A stretch of DNA of 64,000 nucleotides, from assembly GCA_965369655.1 (NCBI GenBank), contig CBDUQR010000004.1, positions 25,717 through 89,716 of the forward strand. Reading direction: 5' to 3'. The stretch is from an uncultured bacterium (lineage in GTDB: Bacteria > Zixibacteria > MSB-5A5 > JAABVY01 > JAHJOQ01). The notes beneath the pieces are model-generated. The model saw only the letters and a program-made list of their open reading frames with translations, did no database searches and had not been told where the DNA came from. Positions 19,657 through 30,131 of the stretch are shown here, in pieces (the first letter of the stretch is position 1; every line of letters starts with the position of its first letter). Made by a program: the position numbers and the translations under genes.

Positions 19657-21411
19657 CTAACGCAGCATCAGCACTCCGTAGCTGTTCGGGTTGTAGTCAA
19701 TCGGCGTCTGCCAGTCGGCGGCGGTTTTGAGCCTCGCCTGCTTGCGGCGGAAATTGATGCCCCACTTCATGCCCGACTCGGTCTTCGCTTTCAGGTGCAT
19801 GAGCGGGATGGCCGCTTCGATAGACCAGAATGAATCGCCGTGGTGCGTTTTGATCGCATATTCGCTGTCCCAGTGCGGGTCGTAGTCGGTGTACCCATCG
19901 TATCCGACTTCGAGCTTCTGGTCGAACACATGTCCGAGAGGGTTGATGTAGACCTGGTACGCGATACCCTGATCGATGTCGGGCTGGATGAAGTACCCTA
20001 CGCAGTCATCGGCGTAGACCGCTCCGTCGTGACGCTGAACTTTGGCAGCAAGCGAATCCATCACAGACTCCTCACAGTATGCCGCGAGATAGAGGTAGTT
20101 GCTGTCGTAGGCGAAATAGAATTTCACCGGTTCGGTCTGCATCTCGCCGCCGCCGGGATAGAAAAACACAGTCTCAGGATCGCTCCAGATATCTTCGGTT
20201 ATGTGTCCGTCGATAGTGATAGACTTAGCGCCATAATAGCAGTTGGCGACACGAGCCACGCGAATCTGTCGCTGGACCTCGCAGGTCTTGCCGTCGGCGT
20301 ATGGATACCTCGTGTCGAGTCGCGGGAGAGGATACAGATCGCCGCTGTTCATGCATGAAAAACTCAGAATCTTCTCGGCTCCGGCGTCGATTGAATATGG
20401 CAGCATTGCAGGTTCGACAGTCCAGTTGTCCGGACAATCCCATCGGATTGTGTCTTCGATGGGAACGTTGTCGTTTAGGTTCGCAATGCGAATCTCGATC
20501 TGTTGTTCGGTCGGTTTAAGATCATCGCCTATTGGTAACGCATTGTCGACATTCGCTCCCTTGAACTGAATCTGATTGATGAACTTGAGTTCCGCGACTG
20601 TCAGATCATCCCAGGATCGCGCGCCTTCGAGAGTTATCGGAGTGATGTTCAATTCGTCAGCCGTGACAGTCACCCACGCGAAGTGATAGTGCATTCCGGT
20701 CGGGCTGATCTCTGCCGCGCCACCCGAGCTGCCGATGTTGGTGTAGGTGATCCCGTCGAATTCGCCGCTGAAATACCTGTGGAAATGCCCAGAGAATACA
20801 GCCTCGACGCCGTATTTGACGAACAGGCTGTGAAGAGTATCGGGCTTGCCCTCCGCAACAGTGTCGAACCAGAACGGCTTGTGCATGAAGACAAATATGT
20901 GGTTCGCACTGCTGTTGCGAGCAAGGTCACTGTTCAGACGCGCAAGCTGCTCCGACGAGAAATCCTCCGTAGTGTTGTAGCAGCTATTGTCCAGAATGAT
21001 AATATGCAGATCCTTGAAGTCAAACGAATGGAACGGCCTGCCTACATGATTGATGTAGAACTGACGGCTCATATCGCTCCAGATGTCGTGGTTGCCGGGA
21101 GTGAAATACAGAGGCATCGACAATGGGGCAACAATCGAGTCATATTCGCGCAATTCTGCGATCATTATGGTCGTGTCATCGACATACCCTTCTACCTGGT
21201 CTCCGACTGTGATTGCGAAATCGGGCTTCATCCGCTCGATTCGCTCGATGATCCTGCCATAGATACCGGGCACATGGCCGCCGGTGCGGTCGCCGATTAT
21301 GGCAAACCTGATGATATCGCCGGTCGTATCCTCATCAGCATGCAAGTCTGCTAAGCCCATACTGATTAAGACTAAGGCCACCAGACAAATGAAAGAAATG
21401 ATCCGTTTCAT
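19657..21411 (-). CDS. Secreted calcineurin-like metallophosphoesterase with a C-terminal CBM9-like domain
   Basis: IGD, VGD, PGNHD, HKP, SGHFH; 'ITIDGHITEDIW..FAYDSNYLYLA..DDCV..WSIEAAIP'. Confidence 0.85.
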   Translation of the reverse strand: MKRIISFICLVALVLISMGLADLHADEDTTGDIIRFAIIGDRTGGHVPGIYGRIIERIERMKPDFAITVGDQVEGYVDDTTIMIAELREYDSIVAPLSMPLYFTPGNHDIWSDMSRQFYINHVGRPFHSFDFKDLHIIILDNSCYNTTEDFSSEQLARLNSDLARNSSANHIFVFMHKPFWFDTVAEGKPDTLHSLFVKYGVEAVFSGHFHRYFSGEFDGITYTNIGSSGGAAEISPTGMHYHFAWVTVTADELNITPITLEGARSWDDLTVAELKFINQIQFKGANVDNALPIGDDLKPTEQQIEIRIANLNDNVPIEDTIRWDCPDNWTVEPAMLPYSIDAGAEKILSFSCMNSGDLYPLPRLDTRYPYADGKTCEVQRQIRVARVANCYYGAKSITIDGHITEDIWSDPETVFFYPGGGEMQTEPVKFYFAYDSNYLYLAAYCEESVMDSLAAKVQRHDGAVYADDCVGYFIQPDIDQGIAYQVYINPLGHVFDQKLEVGYDGYTDYDPHWDSEYAIKTHHGDSFWSIEAAIPLMHLKAKTESGMKWGINFRRKQARLKTAADWQTPIDYNPNSYGVLMLR

Positions 21412-21440
21412 ATCTGCTCTCCCTGCAAAAACGTTAAATC

Positions 21441-22838
21441 TCATTTCAGGTTATCGAAGAATGGTTGTAGCTGTGATGCCTCGGGTTTGCGTGTCACGAG
21501 GCTCACTACCACCAGACAGAATAGCGAAATCCCGAGCGCGGGATAAACAGTTGGGACGTCCCACGGTTGACTGAGTATCTCCCAGAGGAGCGTCACGATC
21601 ATGCCTGATCCCATCGAGCATACGCCACCTGCGGCTGTGGCTCGTTTCCAGAAAAACGCTGCCATGACGACCGGCGTGATCCCGACGCCGTACATAGTGT
21701 ATGCGTAGATCGCCATCTCCAGTACTTTCTCGAAGAATGTCACCTGCACGAATGCGAACAGTCCGAGCGCCACCACCACGATGCGCGAGTAGACGAGTAT
21801 CCGTTTCTGTGATGCTTGCGGGTTGATGAATCGCTGGTAGATGTCGCGTATGAGATTCGTCGATGGTACGAGCAGAAACGAGTCAGCGGTCGAGACGATC
21901 ACGGCGACTATCGCCGCAAGGCAGAGGCATCCGATTGCGACCGGAAGCGCGTCTCTGACGGAATAGAGAATCACCATCTCGGAATTGATGTCCGTGAACA
22001 TCGACCTGCCGATGATCGCTATGACAACGATCAGCGTCTCGATTATAATCGTACCAGCGAGCCATCCCAACACGGATCGCTTCGCCGCCTTTTCGTCTTT
22101 TGCGGAGAAAAACCGCTGATACATTCCCGACTCACCGAGCAGCAGAAGCATGGTCGGCAGCGAGTAGCCGAGAGCTTCGAGCAGCGACATCTCGCCGAGC
22201 ACCTGCAGATGCATGTCCGGGAGTCGGTCTGCAATCGAACTGATACCGCCCGCATCGGAGATCAGGAACGGTAGCGCTATGAAAAGTCCGATTGTCATGA
22301 TGATACCATTCACGACATCAGTGTAGACAACTGATATCAGCCCTGCCAGCACTGTGTATCCGATCACGAAAACGGCTGTGATGATAATCCCTGTCTCGAC
22401 CGGAATGCCGGTGATAAGATTCAGCACCATGCCGCCTGCGCGGAACTGGTATGATACGATTGCGGTGTATGCGACGACAGTGACTATCGTGCCGAGAAGG
22501 CGTGCGTGTTTGTTGTAACGAAGTTCGAGAAGGTCCGGGACTGTGTATTGCGCGAGTTTGCGCGCGCGGCCTGCTATCAGGTAGAGTACGATAAGCGCGA
22601 CCCAGACGCCTGCGTCGAACCAGAGCGCGGGGAATCCCTTGTCGTACGCGAGACCTGCACTCGCGATGATCGATCCGGAGCCGATCCAGGTGGCGAGAAG
22701 TGTACCGACGAGAACTTTCGCCGAGAGGTTCCGCCCCGCGACCATGAAGTCATCCTGTGTCCTGACGCGCCTGCTCCGCCAGGCTCCGACGAGGATGAGA
22801 ATCGCAAGATATGAGATGATTACCCAGAAATAGGTCAT
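21441..22838 (-). CDS. Sodium:solute symporter family protein
   Basis: DFMVAGR, ATWIGSG, SVVYTD, YQRFFSAKD, STADS. Confidence 0.93.
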   Translation of the reverse strand: MTYFWVIISYLAILILVGAWRSRRVRTQDDFMVAGRNLSAKVLVGTLLATWIGSGSIIASAGLAYDKGFPALWFDAGVWVALIVLYLIAGRARKLAQYTVPDLLELRYNKHARLLGTIVTVVAYTAIVSYQFRAGGMVLNLITGIPVETGIIITAVFVIGYTVLAGLISVVYTDVVNGIIMTIGLFIALPFLISDAGGISSIADRLPDMHLQVLGEMSLLEALGYSLPTMLLLLGESGMYQRFFSAKDEKAAKRSVLGWLAGTIIIETLIVVIAIIGRSMFTDINSEMVILYSVRDALPVAIGCLCLAAIVAVIVSTADSFLLVPSTNLIRDIYQRFINPQASQKRILVYSRIVVVALGLFAFVQVTFFEKVLEMAIYAYTMYGVGITPVVMAAFFWKRATAAGGVCSMGSGMIVTLLWEILSQPWDVPTVYPALGISLFCLVVVSLVTRKPEASQLQPFFDNLK

Positions 22839-22841
22839 ACG

Positions 22842-22875
22842 CAGACATATAATGCGGATATGTCTGTTTTGTCAA
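22842..22875 (-). promoter_or_regulatory. Promoter with overlapping inverted repeat
   Basis: Minus strand TTGACA-N17-TTATAT, 8 nt before the ATG; perfect IR CAGACATAT-7nt-ATATGTCTG. Confidence 0.5.
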
Positions 22876-22914
22876 TCGGCTTGTCACGTGAGACTTCGCT
22901 GGAACGCGTCAGAA

Positions 22915-23664
22915 TCAGCGGACACATCCCGGCAATGGGGCTGGCCCATTTCCAAAGATGAACTCAATCAGATATACGACGTCGTCAATATCTATCCCAC
23001 AGCTCTGATCTGTATCACCGCTGTTCAAGTCCCAGGGCGGACATCCACCCGCAAAGATATAATTGATCAGGTAGACTACATCGTCAATGTCAACTGAGGA
23101 TGATGCGTCCACATCACCAGGTATCACCATGATGGTGTCAGGAGCAACGAACTGCGTGTCAAGCTCCTGATATGTTGGAGCCCATCCATTATACATGCTA
23201 AAGAATTCAAAGCCTGTTGGGTTACCAACTATAGAGCCACCGAATGTCATTGACAATGAGTCTTTCATTTCGCATTCAAATATAAGTTTTGCGAGGATAC
23301 CGTCAAAAGGTGTAAGACAGCCAAATAACCCTGCGCCTATGCCGGCATAACAATGTTGGTCTGACTCGTCAATATCGAAAAACACAGTGAATTCACTGTC
23401 AGGACCGCTCGGATAGAATAGGATTGTGTCAAGCCGGTTCGAACCTGTCCATGTAAACTCAAAATGAACTATTTGTGCCCAATCGTCCGAAAAGACGCGA
23501 AGGGGGATCAAACGTTTCAGGTTCTGACTGCAGCCGTCAGGTTGGTATTCCGGCTCGAGGAAGTAGGCAGAATCCGGCACTCCCCAATCCTGCGCCATGA
23601 CTGGCATCACTACACAAGTCAATGCCAGTGCGACAACTATACACAGAAGTAATAATGTTCTCAT
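22915..23664 (-). CDS. Secreted cohesin-like plus dockerin-like protein, array copy A
   Basis: GGAGG RBS; signal peptide; PDSAYFLEP domain; dockerin ending PLPGCVR. Confidence 0.85.
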   Translation of the reverse strand: MRTLLLLCIVVALALTCVVMPVMAQDWGVPDSAYFLEPEYQPDGCSQNLKRLIPLRVFSDDWAQIVHFEFTWTGSNRLDTILFYPSGPDSEFTVFFDIDESDQHCYAGIGAGLFGCLTPFDGILAKLIFECEMKDSLSMTFGGSIVGNPTGFEFFSMYNGWAPTYQELDTQFVAPDTIMVIPGDVDASSSVDIDDVVYLINYIFAGGCPPWDLNSGDTDQSCGIDIDDVVYLIEFIFGNGPAPLPGCVR

Positions 23665-23699
23665 TAAGACACCTCCAACGAACACTGAACTGAGTAAAT

Positions 23700-24437
23700 T
23701 CAACGGACACATCCCGGCAACGGTGCTGGTCCGCCTCCAAAGATGAACTCTATCAGATATACAACGTCGTCAATATCTATCCCGCAGCTCTGATCTGTAT
23801 CACCGCTGTTCAAGTCCCAGGGTGGGCATCCACCTGCGAAAATGTACATGATCAAGTAAACAACGTCATCGATATCAACATCATCGAGCCCGTTCGCATT
23901 ACCGGAAGAAACCATTATAGTATCAGGAGTGATAAACATCGTATCGAGATGACAGTATCCGGGTTCCCATTCTGTCCAATCCGTCAAAATGAAACCATTC
24001 GACACGCGATTCAGCCAAAGAGTGTCACCCAAACCAGTTCGAAATACCAATTCTGCTATGATGCCCTGACTCGGAGGAAAGGAAGGGGGGTCAACTCTTG
24101 CTATCCCACCATAGAAATATCTGTCATCGTTGTCGATATTAGCTACCTGTGTGAATGGAGTGTCGGGAAAAGGTGGGTAGAACAACACGGTGTCGAGCAG
24201 ATCAGATCCCTCCCACGTGAATTCAAGTTGCATCAACCAAGTATGCTCGTCTGCAAAAAGATGGAGCGGCATAATTCGTTTGATATCCCCGCTGCATCCA
24301 TCCGGTTCATATCGTGGCTCCAGGAAATAGACCGAGTCAGGTATGCCAGGATCTATGCCATCCAGTGCATAAACTGGCCTTACTGCACCAGTCAATGCCA
24401 ATGCCACAACCGCACACAGAAGTAATGACGTTCTCAT
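23700..24437 (-). CDS. Secreted cohesin-like plus dockerin-like protein, array copy B
   Basis: Paralogue of copy A; DPGIPDSVYF. Confidence 0.85.
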   Translation of the reverse strand: MRTSLLLCAVVALALTGAVRPVYALDGIDPGIPDSVYFLEPRYEPDGCSGDIKRIMPLHLFADEHTWLMQLEFTWEGSDLLDTVLFYPPFPDTPFTQVANIDNDDRYFYGGIARVDPPSFPPSQGIIAELVFRTGLGDTLWLNRVSNGFILTDWTEWEPGYCHLDTMFITPDTIMVSSGNANGLDDVDIDDVVYLIMYIFAGGCPPWDLNSGDTDQSCGIDIDDVVYLIEFIFGGGPAPLPGCVR

Positions 24438-24471
24438 TCGACACCTCCTGCAGATATGAAATGGCTCACAT

Positions 24472-25215
24472 TTAGCGAACACATCCCGGTAACGGAGCAG
24501 GTCCGCCTCCAAAGATATACGTTATCAGATATACAACATCGTCAATATCTATCCCGCAGCTGGCATCGACATCGCCACTGTTCAGATCCCACGGAGGGCA
24601 TCCACCTGCAAAGATGTACATAAGAAGATATACCACATCATCGATATCCACGTCGGTTGAAGCGTCAGCGTCACCTGCAGAAATCAGGATGGTGTCAGGA
24701 GCAACGAACTGCGTGTCAAGCTCCTGATATGTTGGAGCCCATCCATTATACATGCTAAAGAATTCAAAGCCTGTTGGGTTACCAACTATAGAGCCACCGA
24801 ATGTCATTGACAATGAGTCTTTCATTTCGCATTCAAATATAAGTTTTGCGAGGATACCGTCAAAAGGTGTAAGACAGCCAAATAACCCTGCGCCTATGCC
24901 GGCATAACAATGTTGGTCTGACTCGTCAATATCGAAAAACACAGTGAATTCACTGTCAGGACCGCTCGGATAGAATAGGATTGTGTCAAGCCGATTCGAA
25001 CCCGTCCATGTAAACTCAAAATGAACTGCTTGTGCGCAATCGTCCGAAAAGACGCGAAGGGGGATCAAACGTTTCAGGTTCTGACTGCAACCGTCAGGTT
25101 CGTATCTGGGCTCAAGGAAATAGACAGAATCTGGCTCTCCCCAGTCCTGCGCCCTTGCAGGCATTGCTACACTAGTCAATGCCACAACTAAACTAAGAAG
25201 TAAAGACATTCTCAT
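24472..25215 (-). CDS. Secreted cohesin-like plus dockerin-like protein, array copy C
   Basis: Paralogue; central domain nearly identical to copy A. Confidence 0.85.
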   Translation of the reverse strand: MRMSLLLSLVVALTSVAMPARAQDWGEPDSVYFLEPRYEPDGCSQNLKRLIPLRVFSDDCAQAVHFEFTWTGSNRLDTILFYPSGPDSEFTVFFDIDESDQHCYAGIGAGLFGCLTPFDGILAKLIFECEMKDSLSMTFGGSIVGNPTGFEFFSMYNGWAPTYQELDTQFVAPDTILISAGDADASTDVDIDDVVYLLMYIFAGGCPPWDLNSGDVDASCGIDIDDVVYLITYIFGGGPAPLPGCVR

Positions 25216-25249
25216 TCGACACCTCCCGTGAACACGAAACGGATCAAGT

Positions 25250-25975
25250 TCATCGGACACATCCTGGCAACGGGGCTTGTCCACTTCCAAAGATGAACTC
25301 AATCAAATAAACGACATCATCAATGTCTATCCCACAGCTGGCATCGACATCCCCACTATTTTGATCCCAAGGAGAACATCCACCTGCAAATATATAATTG
25401 AGCAAGTAGACAACGTCATCGATATCCACTTCGGTTGAAGCGTCCGCATCACCCGGCGGGACTGGCCCTAGCTCTGGTGTTACGAATGTCGAATCGAGAT
25501 TTAGATAGCTCGGTGTCCAAGGTCCCGATCCTGCATTTAGTGTGAATTGGAGAGGATCAAAAACTACCGATAATTGATGGCCAATATCAGAGTGAAAAAC
25601 CAGGTTCGCCAATACACCGCTGTGCGGCGGGAAGTATGGATTGATAGTGCGATACAGTTCGACGAAACACCATCTTGCAGTTGTGTCAACTTCAAAGTTG
25701 GTCATGAATTGGATTTCTGGGAAGGGCGGATAAAATAGGATTGTATCTAGTTGATCTTCACCCTGCCACGAAAACTCAAAATATATCCAGTACGACTCTT
25801 GATCGGTGAATAGATAAACAGGAATAGTGCGACGGACAGATTGATTACACCCGTCCAGTTGATAGTATGGCTCTAGGAAGTACGCTGAATCAGGGACCAC
25901 TATATCCTGCGCACTGATCGGCATCACTGCACCTGTCAATGCCACAACTATGCACAGAAATAATGACGTTCTCAT
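25250..25975 (-). CDS. Secreted cohesin-like plus dockerin-like protein, array copy D
   Basis: Paralogue; RBS GGAGG. Confidence 0.85.
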   Translation of the reverse strand: MRTSLFLCIVVALTGAVMPISAQDIVVPDSAYFLEPYYQLDGCNQSVRRTIPVYLFTDQESYWIYFEFSWQGEDQLDTILFYPPFPEIQFMTNFEVDTTARWCFVELYRTINPYFPPHSGVLANLVFHSDIGHQLSVVFDPLQFTLNAGSGPWTPSYLNLDSTFVTPELGPVPPGDADASTEVDIDDVVYLLNYIFAGGCSPWDQNSGDVDASCGIDIDDVVYLIEFIFGSGQAPLPGCVR

Positions 25976-26139
25976 TTGACGCCTCCTGCGGCTTTATCTT
26001 CCAGATTTCTTCGGTCTGTCAGTTGCTCTAACTACGAGTTGTCAAGCAGAACCTCTAAATACTATATAACGGAAGTGGATGAATCTGTCAAGAATGAAAA
26101 TGAAATAATGGAAGCAGTCCCTGCGTGCACAGATGACTC

Positions 26140-26262
26140 GTCATTCCTGCGAAGGCCCTTCGCTATGCTCAGGATACGACAGGAATCCAGAACCAGATTC
26201 AGAATGTGTTGATGTCACAAACTTGAAATACTCGTCTGGACCCCTGCCTGCGTAGGGGTGAC
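26140..26262. repeat. GTCATTCC..GGAATC-type palindromic repeat pair
   Basis: GTCATTCCTGCGAAGG..CAGGAATCCAG and TGGACCCCTGCCTGCGTAGGGGTGAC; same family as 47665-47736. Confidence 0.7.
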
Positions 26263-26341
26263 GGTGCGCTGCGTCTACGGCGGTAACGAGAGGGATTGTC
26301 ATGATACTACATATTGTGAGCGGCACAAGTCCAGAATTTGA

Positions 26342-26370
26342 TTTACAAATCGTCCCATCATCGATAGACT
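26342..26370 (+). promoter_or_regulatory. sigma70-like promoter
   Basis: TTTACA-N17-TAGACT. Confidence 0.5.
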
Positions 26371-26401
26371 TCTGATACTATCCAACAGGAAAGGATCTGT
26401 C

Positions 26402-28426
26402 ATGAAATTCACGGTAATAGTTTTCTTGTTTATTCTCTGTATCACATTCATGTCCGCCAATGCCGAGAGGATCACATTCGATGATCTGTACAGCATTCCG
26501 AAAGCGCATGATCCGCAGATTTCGCCTGACGGCGATCTAATTGCATTTGTCCTGACAATCAAAGACCCGGTTGCCGGTGAATCCTCCAGCCATATCTGGT
26601 TGATGGATTCTGATGGCACTAACATGCGACAGCTTACCAACGGCGAGAATGGTGAATCGTCGCCGCGATGGTCGCCGGATGGTAAATCGATTGCTTTTGT
26701 CGCGAACCGAGGCGATGGCAGCCAGCTTTTCATTATCGCTGTCGATGGCGGCGAGGCGCGGCAGGTGACATCGCTTTCGACTGAAGCATCAGAGCCTGAC
26801 TGGTCGCCTGATGGAAACATACTCGCGTTTTCGTCGCGAGTATTCCCGGATTGCCAGAGCGATAGCTGTAACCGCTCGAGACTCGATGAGCGCGAAAGCG
26901 CAGACGTCAAAGCAAGGGTGTACGAGCACCTGATGTTTAGGCATTACAAATACTGGTTTGACGGTATGACCGAACGTGTTTTCCTGTGCGACATCGAGAA
27001 TGATGTCAGCAGGCAGTTGACATTCACTCATGACAGCGCGCCGATCTCATCGATTGGCGGTCACGAAGGATTCGTGTTCTCTCCTGATGGCTCTGAAATT
27101 TGCTATGAGACTAATACCGATTCGATCCCAACGCTATCGACCAACAGCAATCTCTTTCTCATACCAGCATCTGGAGGTGAGCCGGTAAGGATCACATCGA
27201 ATCAGGGTGCTGATATGTATCCGCAGTATTCGCCCGACGGCAGGTACATCTCATACCTGTCGATGGCTCGCGCGGGATACGAATCGGATCAGACCGATCT
27301 CATTCTGTACGACAGATCGAGCGGAGAGCGTCGCAATCTGACGGAAGGATTCGACCGATCTGTCTGGAGATACTCCTGGCACCCCGACTCGAAATCGATT
27401 TGTTTCCTCGCAATCGAGCATGGTTTTGAATATGTGTGGCGGCTCGATATCGAATCAGGAACTGTCGAGAAACTGCTCGGCGATGCAGTGTATGGCGATC
27501 TGTCGATGTCGCCGGATGGAAAGTACATTGTCGTCAGCAGATCGCTCTCGGATGAACCGTATGAGCTGTATCGATTCGATCTAGAATCGAAAAAGTTGTC
27601 GCAGCTTACACGCTTCACGGACGACATCACTGACAAACTTGAAATGAATCGCGCAACTGAGTTCTGGTTTGCTGGATTCAATGGTGATTCGGTACATGGC
27701 TTTCTAACACTGCCGCCTGATTTCGACCACAGTGAGCAATACCCGCTCGTGCTCCTGATTCACGGCGGCCCGCAGTGGTGCTGGCTTGGGCATTTCAATT
27801 ACTACGGTTGGAACACGCAGTTGATGGCCGCGCAGGACTACATCGTGGCGCAAATTGATCCGCACGGCAGCGCCGGATACGGTCTGGCATTCAAAGAATA
27901 CATCTCAGGCAACTGGGGCAGGGGCGACTACGAGGACCTGATGTTGGGTATCGATTACCTGATCGACAACATCCCATACATCGATACTACTCGAATGGCT
28001 GCGCTCGGCAGATCATACGGTGGATTCATGGCGAACTGGATCTGCGGGCATTCCGACAGGTTCAAGTGTCTCGTAACGATAGATGGGACATTCAATCATG
28101 TCGCCGAATATGGCACCACCGACGAACTCTGGTTTGTCGAATGGGAATTCAAGGGGACACCGTGGACGAACCGCGAGGAGTTCGTCAGGTCGTCGCCATC
28201 GAGCTATGTTGAGAACTTCAAGACGCCGACACTTGTGATTCATGGCGAACTGGATTATCGTGTCGATCCGAGCGAGGCATTCCAGATGTTCACATCGTTA
28301 CAACGCATGGGTGTGTCATCGCAGTTGATCTACTATCCCGACGAAGGTCATTCGATTCATAAACTGCAAAATCTCAGGCATGTGTATGAGAAGCAATTGG
28401 AGTGGCTGGAGAGATGGTTGAAGTAA
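26402..28426 (+). CDS. S9 family peptidase with PD40 beta-propeller
   Basis: WSPDG repeats, HGGP, GRSYGG, DYRV, EGH. Confidence 0.93.
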   Translation: MKFTVIVFLFILCITFMSANAERITFDDLYSIPKAHDPQISPDGDLIAFVLTIKDPVAGESSSHIWLMDSDGTNMRQLTNGENGESSPRWSPDGKSIAFVANRGDGSQLFIIAVDGGEARQVTSLSTEASEPDWSPDGNILAFSSRVFPDCQSDSCNRSRLDERESADVKARVYEHLMFRHYKYWFDGMTERVFLCDIENDVSRQLTFTHDSAPISSIGGHEGFVFSPDGSEICYETNTDSIPTLSTNSNLFLIPASGGEPVRITSNQGADMYPQYSPDGRYISYLSMARAGYESDQTDLILYDRSSGERRNLTEGFDRSVWRYSWHPDSKSICFLAIEHGFEYVWRLDIESGTVEKLLGDAVYGDLSMSPDGKYIVVSRSLSDEPYELYRFDLESKKLSQLTRFTDDITDKLEMNRATEFWFAGFNGDSVHGFLTLPPDFDHSEQYPLVLLIHGGPQWCWLGHFNYYGWNTQLMAAQDYIVAQIDPHGSAGYGLAFKEYISGNWGRGDYEDLMLGIDYLIDNIPYIDTTRMAALGRSYGGFMANWICGHSDRFKCLVTIDGTFNHVAEYGTTDELWFVEWEFKGTPWTNREEFVRSSPSSYVENFKTPTLVIHGELDYRVDPSEAFQMFTSLQRMGVSSQLIYYPDEGHSIHKLQNLRHVYEKQLEWLERWLK

Positions 28427-28453
28427 AGGATCGGAAATTGGGGAGGACTCACA

Positions 28454-29188
28454 ATGATTGATATCATTCAACTTGTACTGACTTGGATTACATGCTTGGC
28501 GTTGATCGCTACGTTGATATTTGTGGTCAAGTATACGATTCAGACAAAGAAGCTGGCTGGATTCACGGCAAAGGAGTTCAAGAAGAGGATATCGCCTGTC
28601 GTGTGTGCCTACATAGGTTTACCAGAACTTCCAAAGAAATACGAGCATGGCTTGCCAATTAACCACTGCAGCGAAGATGGTTACGACATACTGGTAAAAG
28701 TGAAAAACACATCCGACAACCATGCTCTCGCAAGTGTGAAGATTGAGTTTGAATTTGCAGGTGAAACAATGAAACCACAGGCTGATGTTTACAGAGAAGG
28801 AAAGGAAATCTTCGTGCCAGCCAAGGAAACCTTTCATGGCAACTTCTCGTTTGACGAAACGTTCAAGGGACTATCCAAGAACAAGAAGGAAATTTTAGAC
28901 GACCGGATTGAGGGAAGTAAGAGTGATGCCGCCTTTGGGTTTGGACTCTTGTGTTCAGACAAGTACATAGAATTTGACCTTGATAGAAGAACTGGGGTCA
29001 AGCTGAGCGAGCTACTTCTGAGCGATTCTGGGCTCAAGATTCGTTTTGATGTACAGTATCGTAGGTGGCCAGCAGCAGAGGATGACGAGATTCATAAGCT
29101 GCCCCAACAAATATACACGATGCGAATCAAACGAAACTTACCGCTGTGGCGACTGACTTGTATTCCGGATGGTCCGGTTCTCCCTTGA
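28454..29188 (+). CDS. Hypothetical protein with N-terminal TM anchor
   Basis: RBS GGAGG; 244-aa ORF. Confidence 0.7.
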   Translation: MIDIIQLVLTWITCLALIATLIFVVKYTIQTKKLAGFTAKEFKKRISPVVCAYIGLPELPKKYEHGLPINHCSEDGYDILVKVKNTSDNHALASVKIEFEFAGETMKPQADVYREGKEIFVPAKETFHGNFSFDETFKGLSKNKKEILDDRIEGSKSDAAFGFGLLCSDKYIEFDLDRRTGVKLSELLLSDSGLKIRFDVQYRRWPAAEDDEIHKLPQQIYTMRIKRNLPLWRLTCIPDGPVLP

Positions 29189-29263
29189 CCGGTAGCTACC
29201 ACGCACGGTACATTCAAAGTTGTCCTTAGAGACCGAAAACAGAATCCAGTAAGGAGGGGACCT

Positions 29264-29521
29264 ATGAAGTTACGTCTACCATCAGAACGTGTCTTGGAGA
29301 TCTACAAGTGCTTTATCATGACACTACTGCTTGTAGTGTTTGTCTTTATGGCCTATCAAACAACATTCTTGCTCAGACCACACAGTGTCTGCGGCAAGAT
29401 TCCAGTCGTCCGAATTGTTGGTGGGCAAATCGATGTCGATGCTGATGTTTCGACATATAGCACGATCGATGTTGAAGTGACCAACACAGTTAGCGTGGAG
29501 GGACACCTTTATGGACCGTAG
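29264..29521 (+). CDS. Small membrane-anchored hypothetical protein
   Basis: RBS AAGGAGG; one TM then a VDADV/IDVEV beta-rich tail. Confidence 0.6.
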   Translation: MKLRLPSERVLEIYKCFIMTLLLVVFVFMAYQTTFLLRPHSVCGKIPVVRIVGGQIDVDADVSTYSTIDVEVTNTVSVEGHLYGP

Positions 29522-30131
29522 GCAAAGCCTTTACGTGCGCGGCAGATGTGGACATTTGCCGCGCACGGACACTCAGAACTGGCAAGTGAGCGTGACCTAC
29601 AGCCTGGGACTCGCCGTGAGGTCTGCCGCCCACGCCAGATTTCATGACTGACAACTCAGCTTGGGTGAGTCGCCTGACAGATCGAAATATGCATCGGAAC
29701 TCGTGTCCACGTTTGCTGAAATCCTACTTCTGGACGGCAAGTTTAGTATTGACCGGAACCAATATTTTAGTATATTACAGTTGTTCGTTTCGGATGGGAA
29801 AAAAGAATATACTCTCTATCACACAGGCGGCGTCTGCATGTGTTTCGCATCGCCTGAAAGCACAAAAAAGTTGAGCCGTTTTGTTTCACTGGAACGGCAG
29901 TGTGACCCGCGAATTTGTCGCAGGCGGTACTGTCTCGCTGCTGCCAGCGTGCGTCCTTTCGCAGTATCCCTGATGCAACGATATCTTATCAACAAGGATG
30001 TCGTCGCCCAGCAAGACATACAGGTGACATTTTTTGTTCGAGCCTGAGCAACCCTTGATAAACGTATTGTGTGAGAACAAGAATGAAGATATAATTTCCT
30101 GAGTGAATATGCATCTGATTTGGGAGGACAA

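Noticed and set aside
23131-25100. Diversity-generating retroelement TR/VR pair
   Set aside because: Differences between the near-identical segments are not adenine-specific, both lie in intact paralogues, and no reverse transcriptase is in the window.
29644-30120. Gene or riboswitch upstream of the C1 peptidase
   Set aside because: The ORFs lack an RBS or motifs; several hairpins are present but none matches a riboswitch consensus I recognise.
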